Below the pieces are notes generated by a model that saw only the letters and a list, made by a program, of their open reading frames with translations, searched no databases and was not told where the DNA came from. The translations under genes and the position numbers were made by a program. From positions 1 to 41,103 of the IMG/VR virus record IMGVR_UViG_3300005286_000179: a stretch of DNA of 41,103 nucleotides; one strand, 5' to 3'. The DNA comes from a virus. Its lineage: Duplodnaviria > Caudoviricetes. Position 1 is the first letter of the stretch, and the number at the start of each line of letters is the position of its first letter. Below, piece after piece: positions 33,618 through 41,103 of the stretch.

Positions 33618-34516
33618 GCTTCGGCGCCCTCGAATTCCTGGGTGGTCTGCTGCGATGCCTGGACAGCCTTGGTCTGCGCGCGCTGCGCTTGCTTTTCGCG
33701 GGCCTCGCGCATGTGGGCGATGATTTCCAGCAGCGCGCCAAGCTCTTCGGCCGGCAGGGTCACAGTGCCATCCGTGGTGCGCGCGCTGTCGGCCAGCCGA
33801 TACAGCAGCGGTTCCACTTCGTCCACCAGCTTTCGCGGCAGCGGCTTGCCCTTGATCGTTCCGGCCGTCGCCTTCGCCTTGCCGGCTTCCTTCGCGCGCT
33901 CAACGGCACTGCCCAGCACGCCGCCCGCGCGCTCGCCATGCTTGCGCACCGCATCGACGGCAGACGTTGCGGCCACGGCGCCATCCCGCACCAGCGCTTG
34001 CACGTCAGCGTTAGCGTTCGCCAGGATCAGCAGCGAATCCACGTGCTGCCGGGTCTTGCCGACCTTCGCGGCAATCTCGGCCGGGGTCCAGCCGAACGCG
34101 GTCAGCCGCTTGTAACCGCGCGCGATTTCCAGGGGCGACAGCGCGCGACCTTCGGCGCTGGAAATGATGCGCGCGGTTCTCTCGGCATCGTTGCCGTTGA
34201 ATGCAACAATCGGAATCCACAGCTCGCCGCTCGCGTCGCGGATGCGGTCCGCAACCATGAGGTACGCGCGGCGCCTGCGGTGGCCGTCCACGACGAACAC
34301 GCCGCCGCCCTCACGCGGGCGCACTTCCAGGGCCGGCACCATGCCGCCGCCGGCAATGTATTCCGCCAGGGCCGCAATGCTGGCCTCCAACTCGGGGCCT
34401 TCCTCGCGCAGATTGAATCCGGGTTCTTCGTGGATATCCTCAATGCGCAGCTTCATGGCGTCCGCGCGGCGCGCGGTGCCGTCCTTAATCATGCTCTTGA
34501 ACGATGGTGCGGACAT
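33614..34516 (-). CDS. ParB/Srx N-terminal domain protein
   Basis: GFNLR, VPALEV, VVDGHRRRRA, LSPLEIARGYKRL, HTH EIAAKVGKTRQHV; GGAGG RBS. Confidence 0.85.
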   Translation of the reverse strand: MSAPSFKSMIKDGTARRADAMKLRIEDIHEEPGFNLREEGPELEASIAALAEYIAGGGMVPALEVRPREGGGVFVVDGHRRRRAYLMVADRIRDASGELWIPIVAFNGNDAERTARIISSAEGRALSPLEIARGYKRLTAFGWTPAEIAAKVGKTRQHVDSLLILANANADVQALVRDGAVAATSAVDAVRKHGERAGGVLGSAVERAKEAGKAKATAGTIKGKPLPRKLVDEVEPLLYRLADSARTTDGTVTLPAEELGALLEIIAHMREAREKQAQRAQTKAVQASQQTTQEFEGAEA

Positions 34517-34533
34517 GCTTACTTCCTCCGTTG

Positions 34534-35994
34534 TTATGCGCTTTCACGCGCGTTGATCGCACTGGCGGCGTACTGCTTCCGCCAGCTGGATGATTGGAAT
34601 TTCTTGAGCGCCCAACCAGTCGGGTTGGCGTAGCCGCGATCATTCGCAAGGCGGATCAGGTCGTGCAGCGTCACGGCTGCGGCCTCTTCGCGGCGCATGC
34701 GCGCGCGGCGGCTTTCCTTCTCTTCCGCCGTCAGGCGCTTCAACTCGCCTTCGGCCTCTTCAATCGGCGCGGCCTCGCGCTCTAGGCTCTTGCCGCAGTG
34801 CGGGCACGACGGCGGCAGCGGCCGGCGAATCTGCCGGAAACACGTGCAGGTGTACGGCGGCGGCGGGCCGTCGCTCTTGCTTGCGCCATTGCCGGAGCGC
34901 TCGCGGTCCGCAAGCGTCCATTCGCGTTCGTCATCCGGGAACCCGTGACGGTTCGTGTTGCCGGCGTGGTCCAGGATGATCGCGGGGTAAGACTTCGGGC
35001 GCAGCACGCGGCCCCAGCGCTGCATGACGGCGGCAAGCGAATTGCTCGCGGCCGCGTCAATCAGGCAATCAATCGTCACATCAGTCTGTGCGATGGCCGA
35101 CAGATCGAAGCCTTCGCCGAACAATCCGACGTTTGAAAGAATGAAAAGCTCGCCGCGCGCGTACTGCTGAATGATGCGCTTACGCTCGCCGCGTTCGGTG
35201 TCGCCGTCCAGGTGCGCGGCGGGAATGCCGTTATCGTTGAAGCGCTGCACCAGCAGCCGCGAATCGTCGCGGTTCACGGCGAACGCAACGGTGCGCATGC
35301 CGTCCGCATACTTGCGCCAATGCGCGACGATATCGCCGGTGCGCTTCGGCATGTCCATGCGCGCACTCGCTTCGCGCTTGGAAAACTCGCCGTCGCGCTG
35401 GCGTCTCGCGCCCTTCATGTCCGGCGGGTTCGGCGCGAACACTTCATAGGCCGACAGAAAACCGCGCTCCATCAGCCAGGACACGGACGGGCCGCGCACC
35501 ATATGATCGAACTGCCGGCCCAGGCCGGTACCGTCCAGGCGCCAGGGCGTCGCCGTGAGGCCGACATGCCGGCAGCGCTGCCAATGGTCCATTACCAGCT
35601 GCCAGCCGGCCGCGCCCAGGTGGTGACATTCATCCCACACGCACACGTCCGGTTCCGGCAGCATCGCGAGCCGATTTTTCAGCGTGTCCACGCTCGCGAT
35701 GCTTGCGGCGCTCAGGCTCGACGGTCTGCCGGCCGCGACGAACCCATGCGGGATGCCGTATTTCTCCCAGGTCTTATGCGTTTGCTCGACAAGCTCCGCG
35801 CGGTGGCAGATGAACATGAACCGCCGACCGTTCGCCACGGTCTGCTGTGCCAGGTATGACGCAATCGCCGTCTTGCCGCCGCCGGTCGGCAGTTGCAGCA
35901 GCACGCGCCGGTACTGGCGCAGCGCGTCGCGCAGGGCGTCCACGGCTGGCACCTGATATTCGGGGCGCAGGATTAGCGGCTGTACTTGAACCAC
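34534..35994 (-). CDS. Superfamily 2 (DEAD/DEAH-like) helicase with C-terminal Zn finger
   Basis: LPTGGGKT, DECHH, GLTATP, EGFD, QRWGRVLR, ILDHAGN, CPHCG. Confidence 0.93.
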   Translation of the reverse strand: MVQVQPLILRPEYQVPAVDALRDALRQYRRVLLQLPTGGGKTAIASYLAQQTVANGRRFMFICHRAELVEQTHKTWEKYGIPHGFVAAGRPSSLSAASIASVDTLKNRLAMLPEPDVCVWDECHHLGAAGWQLVMDHWQRCRHVGLTATPWRLDGTGLGRQFDHMVRGPSVSWLMERGFLSAYEVFAPNPPDMKGARRQRDGEFSKREASARMDMPKRTGDIVAHWRKYADGMRTVAFAVNRDDSRLLVQRFNDNGIPAAHLDGDTERGERKRIIQQYARGELFILSNVGLFGEGFDLSAIAQTDVTIDCLIDAAASNSLAAVMQRWGRVLRPKSYPAIILDHAGNTNRHGFPDDEREWTLADRERSGNGASKSDGPPPPYTCTCFRQIRRPLPPSCPHCGKSLEREAAPIEEAEGELKRLTAEEKESRRARMRREEAAAVTLHDLIRLANDRGYANPTGWALKKFQSSSWRKQYAASAINARESA

Positions 35995-36021
35995 GGGGCG
36001 GCTGCGGGCTGGGCGGCTGGG

Positions 36022-36088
36022 GTTGACGGGGACAGGATAAAGCGCGGATCATCCCCAGCGCAACAGGGGTACGTCCCTGTCATCCTGC
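36022..36088. promoter_or_regulatory. Overlapping divergent early promoters with no repressor gene between them
   Basis: Plus strand TTGACG-N18-GATCAT; minus strand TTGCGC-N18-TATCCT; 16-bp box at 36073-36088 repeated at 39307-39322. Confidence 0.6.
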
Positions 36089-36110
36089 CACCAACCCAAG
36101 AGGAACCCGC

Positions 36111-37181
36111 ATGGAACCCGGCATCTATAGAAGCCTGTCGAACGCCGCATATCACGGCGGCCCAGGCGTATCGAAAAGCCTGCTCGACTTGATCGCGAAG
36201 TCGCCCGCGCACCTGCGCGCGGCGCAGCTCACGCCGCCAGACGAACGCAAGCCCACACCGGCGCAGGCCCTGGGCACTGCGGCACACACCGCGATCCTGG
36301 AGCCGGGCGAAATGCCCGAGCGCTACGCGGCCCCGTTCGTGGCGCCAGCCGGCGCGCTGCACACGATGGACGACATGCGCGCCGCGCTGGAACAGGCCGG
36401 CATTGCGTTTAAGTCGTCCGCCAAGCGCGCGGACCTGGAAGCGCTCACGCGCACGCACCTGCCGGATCGCCCCATCGCCGCCGACCTGCGCGCCGCGCAT
36501 GAGGCTGCCGCCGCCGGAAAGATCATTCTTGAACCCGACACGCATGCGCAGCTTGACGGCATGCGCGGTGCCGTCCAGGCGCATAAGGCGGCGCGCAATC
36601 TACTTGCCGCGCCGGGCTTCGCCGAAATGTCGGCTTACTGGTATGAGCCGGTGATCGACACGCGCACCGGCGAGGTGATGCGCGACGGCGACGGAAAGCC
36701 GGTGTTGAAGCTGTGCCGCGTACGGCCGGACTACTGGCGCAAAGACGGCATTATCGTTGACTTGAAAACCACGCATTCCGGCGGCGCCGCGCCCACCGAA
36801 TTTGCCCGTAGCGTCGAAAATTTCCGCTACTTCGTGCAGGCATTCATGTACTTGTGCGGCGCGCGGAAGGCTCTGGAAGCCGCGCAGCGCGGGCCGGATG
36901 CGGAATTCTTCGCCGACTTCGCGCCGCCCAAAGCGTTCGTGTTCATCGCCGTGGAAGTTGACGCGTGCGTGGTCGCTGGCGAGCCGAAAGGTGTTGCGAC
37001 CTACACGCTTACCGCCGAGGACTTGGACGCGGGCGAAGTCGCGTTCCGCCGCGCCCTGGAACTGCTGCACCAGTGCGAAGCCGCAGGCCGCTTCCCCGGC
37101 TATAGCGAAAAGATCGAATCCCTCGCGATGCGCCCGTGGGCGCGCGCTCCCTATCTCACTCTGTCCAATGAGGCCGCCTAA
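36111..37181 (+). CDS. PD-(D/E)XK exonuclease (RecE/ExoVIII-like, DUF3799) with HeH-like insertion
   Basis: LSNAAYH..PGVSKSLLD, GTAAHTAILEP, CRVRPD, IVDLKTT, YFVQA.MY, FVFIAVE. Confidence 0.9.
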   Translation: MEPGIYRSLSNAAYHGGPGVSKSLLDLIAKSPAHLRAAQLTPPDERKPTPAQALGTAAHTAILEPGEMPERYAAPFVAPAGALHTMDDMRAALEQAGIAFKSSAKRADLEALTRTHLPDRPIAADLRAAHEAAAAGKIILEPDTHAQLDGMRGAVQAHKAARNLLAAPGFAEMSAYWYEPVIDTRTGEVMRDGDGKPVLKLCRVRPDYWRKDGIIVDLKTTHSGGAAPTEFARSVENFRYFVQAFMYLCGARKALEAAQRGPDAEFFADFAPPKAFVFIAVEVDACVVAGEPKGVATYTLTAEDLDAGEVAFRRALELLHQCEAAGRFPGYSEKIESLAMRPWARAPYLTLSNEAA

Positions 37182-37183
37182 GC

Positions 37184-38194
37184 ATGAGCTACAGAAACGA
37201 CAACGCCCCCGTTATCAATATCGAACCCGCCAAGCGCTCGGGCGCGCGGCTTGTGGTCGGCCTCGCCGGCATCAGCGGCAGCGGCAAAACCATGACGGCG
37301 CTGCAACTGGCGTACGGACTCGCGAAGGGTGACGGCCGGAAGGTCGGGCTTCTCTGCACGGAAAACCGGCGCGGCCGCCTGTACGCGGATCGCGAAACGT
37401 ACGAAATGGTGCAGAAGTCGCTGGGCCTGGACCGGATGCCGGCGCCGTTCATGGTCGGCGACCTGGAACCGCCATTCTCTCCGCAGCGCTACATTGCGGC
37501 CATCCGCCAGTTCCAGGAAGCGGGCGTTGAAGCCCTCGTTGTCGATAGCGTGTCGCACGAATGGGAAGGCACCGGCGGATGCGAGGAAATCGCCCACGCC
37601 ACCGGGCGCAACGGAAATGCGAACTGGGCAGTCGCGAAGCGCGAGCACAAGCAATTTATGAACGTGCTTCTGCAAAGCGACATGCACATCATCGCCTGCA
37701 TTCGCGCGCGCGAAAAGGTGAAGATGGGCCGCGACGACAAGGGCAAGACGACGGTTGAACCCATCGGCATTCAGCCGGTGACGGAAAAGAACTTCATGTT
37801 TGAACTCACTGCGTCGCTGCTCATGTGGGACGCTGGCAGGGCACAGCAGGAATTGAAGATGCCCGACGCGCTGCGCGCGATCCTGGGCCGCGCCACCGGC
37901 TACATCACTGCCGCCGACGGCCTCGCGCTGCGCCACTGGGTTGACGGCGGCGAACCGCTTGACCCGGAAATCGAGCGCGCGCGTAACACGCTGCGGACCG
38001 TCTGCGCCGACGGACTGGAAGCCTACCGCGCGGCCTTTGAAGGCCAGTCTCGCAGGGTGAAACAAGCGCTTGTTAAAGATGGCACGCACGAAGTCTTGAA
38101 GGAATCGGCCCAGGCTTACGACCGCCAGCGCGCGGAAGCGAAGGCCGGGGGCGCCGAACTGCTCGACCTGAACGAACAGGTGGCCGGCAAGTAG
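37184..38194 (+). CDS. AAA ATPase, Sak4-like recombinase
   Basis: GISGSGKT, PPFSPQRY, VVDSVSHEWEG.GG, HIIACIRA; lies between exonuclease and ssb. Confidence 0.85.
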   Translation: MSYRNDNAPVINIEPAKRSGARLVVGLAGISGSGKTMTALQLAYGLAKGDGRKVGLLCTENRRGRLYADRETYEMVQKSLGLDRMPAPFMVGDLEPPFSPQRYIAAIRQFQEAGVEALVVDSVSHEWEGTGGCEEIAHATGRNGNANWAVAKREHKQFMNVLLQSDMHIIACIRAREKVKMGRDDKGKTTVEPIGIQPVTEKNFMFELTASLLMWDAGRAQQELKMPDALRAILGRATGYITAADGLALRHWVDGGEPLDPEIERARNTLRTVCADGLEAYRAAFEGQSRRVKQALVKDGTHEVLKESAQAYDRQRAEAKAGGAELLDLNEQVAGK

Positions 38195-38287
38195 CCCGGT
38201 AGCCATCCGTGCGGTGCCGTGATGAACGTCACGGCATCGCGCGCGCCTACATCATCCCGCATGAAAAAAACGTAAAAACCTGCCATC

Positions 38288-38512
38288 ATGCCCGACATCT
38301 TCGACGCAGCACAAGCAACAGACCAACTCAATCTCGCGCAAGCGCTCGACGCGCAGCACAAGCGCGCCGCCCTCGCCCGACGCCCTGCCGCACGTGGGCA
38401 CTGTTTGCACGCGGATTGCGAAGAACCGTTTTCCGATCCCAACCGTCTCTTTTGCGGACCTGCATGCGCGCAAGCGTATGAGCGGGACGCAGCCCGTTTG
38501 CCAACGAAATGA
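38288..38512 (+). CDS. TraR/DksA-like C4 zinc-finger protein
   Basis: N-terminal DIFDAAQ (DxxDxA) and C....C.E.......FC...C. Confidence 0.72.
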   Translation: MPDIFDAAQATDQLNLAQALDAQHKRAALARRPAARGHCLHADCEEPFSDPNRLFCGPACAQAYERDAARLPTK

Positions 38513-38775
38513 GCCAACACATGCACACGCCCGATTCCGAAAGCATCGCCGAAAGACTGCGCGCAGCCGGCGCCGAACTCGCGCAACTGCTGCGCGATAT
38601 CGAACAGGCAATCAACGATCAGCACGACCACGCGAAGGCCGCGCGCGACGTTGAGGAAATGCAGCGCCTTGCCGACGCCGATCCGTTCCATTGGATCGAC
38701 GCGGCAAAAGCCAGCCTAAAGCAAGGCTTCATGTTCGCGAATCGTGCGCTCACCCAACCAACAGACTTCTTCTAG
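38509..38775 (+). CDS. Acb2/Tad1-like helical protein (divergent)
   Basis: Aligns by eye to Acb2: A(D/E)P..W....K..L..GFM...RA..QP..F C-terminus. Confidence 0.68.
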   Translation: MSQHMHTPDSESIAERLRAAGAELAQLLRDIEQAINDQHDHAKAARDVEEMQRLADADPFHWIDAAKASLKQGFMFANRALTQPTDFF

Positions 38776-38784
38776 GGAACCACT

Positions 38785-39258
38785 ATGGCGCGCGGCGTCA
38801 ACAAAGCAATCATCATCGGCAACCTGGGCCAGGACCCGGAAACCAAATACACGGCCGGCGGCATGGCGATCACCACCGCCAGCATCGCGACCGCCAGCGT
38901 GCGAAAGGATCGCGAGGGCAACACGGAAGAGGTGACGCAATGGCATCGCGTCGTGTTCTTCGGGAAGCTGGGCGAAATCGCAGGCGAATACCTGCGCAAA
39001 GGCTCGCAGGTGTACGTTGAAGGTGAAATCAGGTACGAAAGATTCACCGGCCAGGACGGGCAAGAGAAATACGTGACAAAGATCGTCGCGAACGAAATGC
39101 AGATGCTTGGCGGTCGCGGCGACGGTGGCGGCGGCGAGCGTGGCGGCCAGCGCCAGGAACGCGCGCAGGAACCGCGACGCAACGCTGGCGGCCAGGGCCA
39201 GCGGCAGGGCGCGCCAGCTGGCGGCGATCCGCTGGAAGATGACGACATTCCGTTTTAA
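38785..39258 (+). CDS. ssb: Single-stranded DNA-binding protein
   Basis: ARGVNKAIIIGNLGQDPE, WHRVVFFGKLGEIAGEYLRKGSQVYVEG, DDDIPF tail. Confidence 0.97.
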   Translation: MARGVNKAIIIGNLGQDPETKYTAGGMAITTASIATASVRKDREGNTEEVTQWHRVVFFGKLGEIAGEYLRKGSQVYVEGEIRYERFTGQDGQEKYVTKIVANEMQMLGGRGDGGGGERGGQRQERAQEPRRNAGGQGQRQGAPAGGDPLEDDDIPF

Positions 39259-39276
39259 CGGACGCGCATAACGACA

Positions 39277-39306
39277 AAGCCCCCGCACCTGCGGGGGCTT
39301 CTTTTT
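39277..39306 (+). terminator. Rho-independent terminator after ssb
   Basis: AAGCCCCCGCA-CC-TGCGGGGGCTT followed by CTTTTT. Confidence 0.85.
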
Positions 39307-39351
39307 GTCCCTGTCATCCTGCACAATGGACGGACGCAACAGGGCGAACTC

Positions 39352-39582
39352 ATGGAACTGCAATTCTTGTCCCTACCGCGCGTGCTGGAAAAGACGGACA
39401 TGAAACGATCCACACTGTACGCGTACGTGAAAGCGGGCATCTTCCCCGCGCCGGTGCAACTCGGCCCGAACCAATCAAGATGGGTTGCCAGCGAAGTTGA
39501 AGAATGGATGCACAGCAGAATCAGTGCGCGAGACTGCGCGACGCCTGCCGCTTCGTCAGCTTCGAACCGCGCGGCGGCTTGA
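39352..39582 (+). CDS. AlpA-family regulator / excisionase
   Basis: FLSLPRVLEKTDMKRSTLY..VKAGIFPAPVQLG....RWVASEVEEW; convergent with and overlapping int. Confidence 0.92.
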   Translation: MELQFLSLPRVLEKTDMKRSTLYAYVKAGIFPAPVQLGPNQSRWVASEVEEWMHSRISARDCATPAASSASNRAAA

Positions 39583-40786
39583 TCGGATCGGCGGCAGCTT
39601 CCAGGCTGTCCAGGTAATCGGCCCACACCGCCATCATGCGCGTGCGCTCTGGCAGGTACATCGCATGATTGTATGCAGCATCGGTGCGGCTCTTCTTTGC
39701 GTGCGCTAGCTGCACGTCCACGACTTCGGAGCGCCATCCGTTTTCGTGCAGCCACGTCGTAGCGGTCGCGCGGAAATCGTGCCCGGTTATGTAGCCGCTC
39801 GCGAAGCCCATGTGTTCAAACGCGCGATTGATCGTGGTGGCGCACATGCACCGCTGCGGATCGCGGAAGTTGGGGAACAGGTAGCGACCCGCGCCGGTAA
39901 TTTGCCGCAACTCGCGCAGCAGCGCGACAGCCTGCGGCGACAGCGGGACCATATGCCGGCGCCGCATCTTCATCCGCTCCGGCGGGATGACCCACAGCGC
40001 GCGCTCTAAGTCGAACTCATCCCACGGGGCGCCGCGCAGTTCAGCGGTGCGCACGAACGTCAGCAGCAGCAGCCGCACGGCAATGACTGTCGTGCGATTG
40101 CCGCCGTACGCGGCCACGCGCCGCATCAAGTCTTGCAGCACTTCGCCGCCGTGCGCCTTCGCGTGTTCTATCTGCGGCCGCGTGATCGTGAACCGCAGCG
40201 GGAACGTGGGATCGTTGTCGGCCAGCAGCCGCGAAACCGCGAAGCCGTACACCTGCGACACCAGTTGCCGGGCCAGGATCGCGACCGTTGGAGCGCCCCG
40301 GCTGTTGATCCGGTCCAGGATCGAAAGCCACTCGGCAGACGTGATGCCGCGAATGGGGCGGCCCTTCACGTACGGGAAAACGTCGCGCTCCATGATCCCC
40401 CTGACCTGGGCTTCGTAGTACAGCGACCAGCCGGGGCGATCCGGTAGCGTGCGCTTCGCCTCAATCCATGCGCCCGCCACCGCCGCGAATGTGTCGGCGC
40501 CAGCGGCCACGCGCGCAGCTTTCTCCGACGCGCGGGCATGGGACGGGTTCACGCCAGCCCTTACCAGCGCGCGGGCCTCGGCGTGCAGCTGGCGGGCTTC
40601 CTGTAGGCCCACCGCAGGATATGCGCCGACGGCGTACAGGTTTTGCTTCCCGCCCAGGCGGAACGCATAGCGCCACAGCCGCGAGCCATTGGGGCGCACT
40701 TCCAGAAACAAGCCGCCCGCATCGCTCAGGCGGTAGGGGCGTTCAGCGGGCTTGGCCTTGCGGATTGCAACGTCGGTCAGGGGCAT
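39521..40786 (-). CDS. int: Tyrosine integrase, P4 family with arm-binding domain
   Basis: MPLTDVAIRKAKP...D.GGL.L.V, TFVRTAELR, KMRR.H.VPL, HDFRAT, QLAH, AYN catalytic set. Confidence 0.97.
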   Translation of the reverse strand: MPLTDVAIRKAKPAERPYRLSDAGGLFLEVRPNGSRLWRYAFRLGGKQNLYAVGAYPAVGLQEARQLHAEARALVRAGVNPSHARASEKAARVAAGADTFAAVAGAWIEAKRTLPDRPGWSLYYEAQVRGIMERDVFPYVKGRPIRGITSAEWLSILDRINSRGAPTVAILARQLVSQVYGFAVSRLLADNDPTFPLRFTITRPQIEHAKAHGGEVLQDLMRRVAAYGGNRTTVIAVRLLLLTFVRTAELRGAPWDEFDLERALWVIPPERMKMRRRHMVPLSPQAVALLRELRQITGAGRYLFPNFRDPQRCMCATTINRAFEHMGFASGYITGHDFRATATTWLHENGWRSEVVDVQLAHAKKSRTDAAYNHAMYLPERTRMMAVWADYLDSLEAAADPIKPPRGSKLTKRQASRSLAH

Positions 40787-40818
40787 GGGCGGGTTCCCGG
40801 CTTAGGTGGCCGGGATCG

Positions 40819-40870
40819 TACCAACACGGCGGGGTGATACCAACACGGGAACCAACAATTTTCGCGGCTT
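40819..40870. repeat. Integrase arm-type repeats
   Basis: TACCAACACGG at 40819 and 40838, ACCAACA at 40851; matching copy at 201-221. Confidence 0.75.
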
Positions 40871-40880
40871 TGGTCGGCGG

Positions 40881-40955
40881 CGACTGGACGCGACTGGACG
40901 CCCAGGCCCTAGCATTCAATGGGTTTCGCGCAATTCCTGGACTTCGCTGGACGCC
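40881..40955. repeat. CTGGAC repeats, candidate excisionase (AlpA) binding sites
   Basis: CGACTGGACG tandem at 40881-40900; CTGGAC again at 40937 and 40947 (10-bp period). Confidence 0.55.
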
Positions 40956-40973
40956 GCTAGATGCGGGTGATGA

Positions 40974-40993
40974 TTGTCGATCATCAACAGCAT
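40974..40993. repeat. att site, right junction (TTGTCGATCATCAACAGCAT); original trpG start
   Basis: Native ATG 10 nt after the trpE stop with GAGGA RBS; 19/20 identical to 115-134. Confidence 0.92.
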
Positions 40994-41003
40994 GGTGGAT
41001 TCC

Positions 41004-41103
41004 TCAGAGTCCCTGCGCCGCCTGCGCCACGGCGCGGAACAGCGCGCGGCCCTTGTTCATGGTCTCGTCCCACTCCTTCTGCGGGTCGGAGTCGTAGACG
41101 ATG
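41004..41103 (-). CDS. trpE: Anthranilate synthase component I, 3' end
   Basis: Manual translation IVYDSDPQKEWDETMNKGRALFRAVAQAAQGL-stop, a typical TrpE C-terminus. Confidence 0.9.
   Translation of the reverse strand, partial: IVYDSDPQKEWDETMNKGRALFRAVAQAAQGL

Larger units (their letters stand above)
115..40993. mobile_element. Apparently complete temperate prophage (lambda-like head, P2-like contractile tail) integrated in the 5' end of trpG
   Basis: Full head, tail, lysis, replication and integrase gene set bounded by a 20-bp direct repeat, with host trpE and trpG on either side. Confidence 0.96.

Noticed and set aside
40916-40993. 25-aa ORF as a trp attenuator leader peptide
   Set aside because: Contains no Trp codons and is created by the att junction
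40870-41003. tRNA or tmRNA integration target, typical for P4-family integrases
   Set aside because: No tRNA-like sequence; the duplicated core is the trpG 5' end

Overview
Almost the whole window (about 115-40993; 40,859 bp excisable unit) is one apparently intact temperate prophage inserted into the first codons of trpG, directly behind trpE, in a high-GC host (probably Xanthomonadales/Lysobacterales; inferred from the TrpE/TrpG sequences only). A 20-bp att repeat (19/20 identical) supplies a replacement trpG start. The phage combines a lambda-like packaging/head module (cosQ/cosN, Nu1, GpA, lambda-type portal, fused protease-capsid) with a P2-like contractile tail. It also carries a lysis cassette with overlapping spanins, a Mor-family late activator, an iteron/AT-rich origin candidate, a Toprim-VapE primase-helicase, a RecE-like/Sak4-like/SSB recombination module, AlpA and a P4-family integrase. 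I see no CI/Cro pair. Instead, a 14-bp palindrome (GTTACGCGCGTAAC) sits inside about nine sigma70-type promoters. These drive an array of small accessory-gene cassettes, the late activator, a candidate GGA-rich sRNA and a leaderless RHH-like gene that is the best repressor candidate. A second motif with a fixed 20-bp spacer defines five late promoters, three of them inside coding sequence. Other points of interest are a divergent Acb2-like sponge protein and a nucleotide-processing gene trio. All family calls are by eye; no searches were run.
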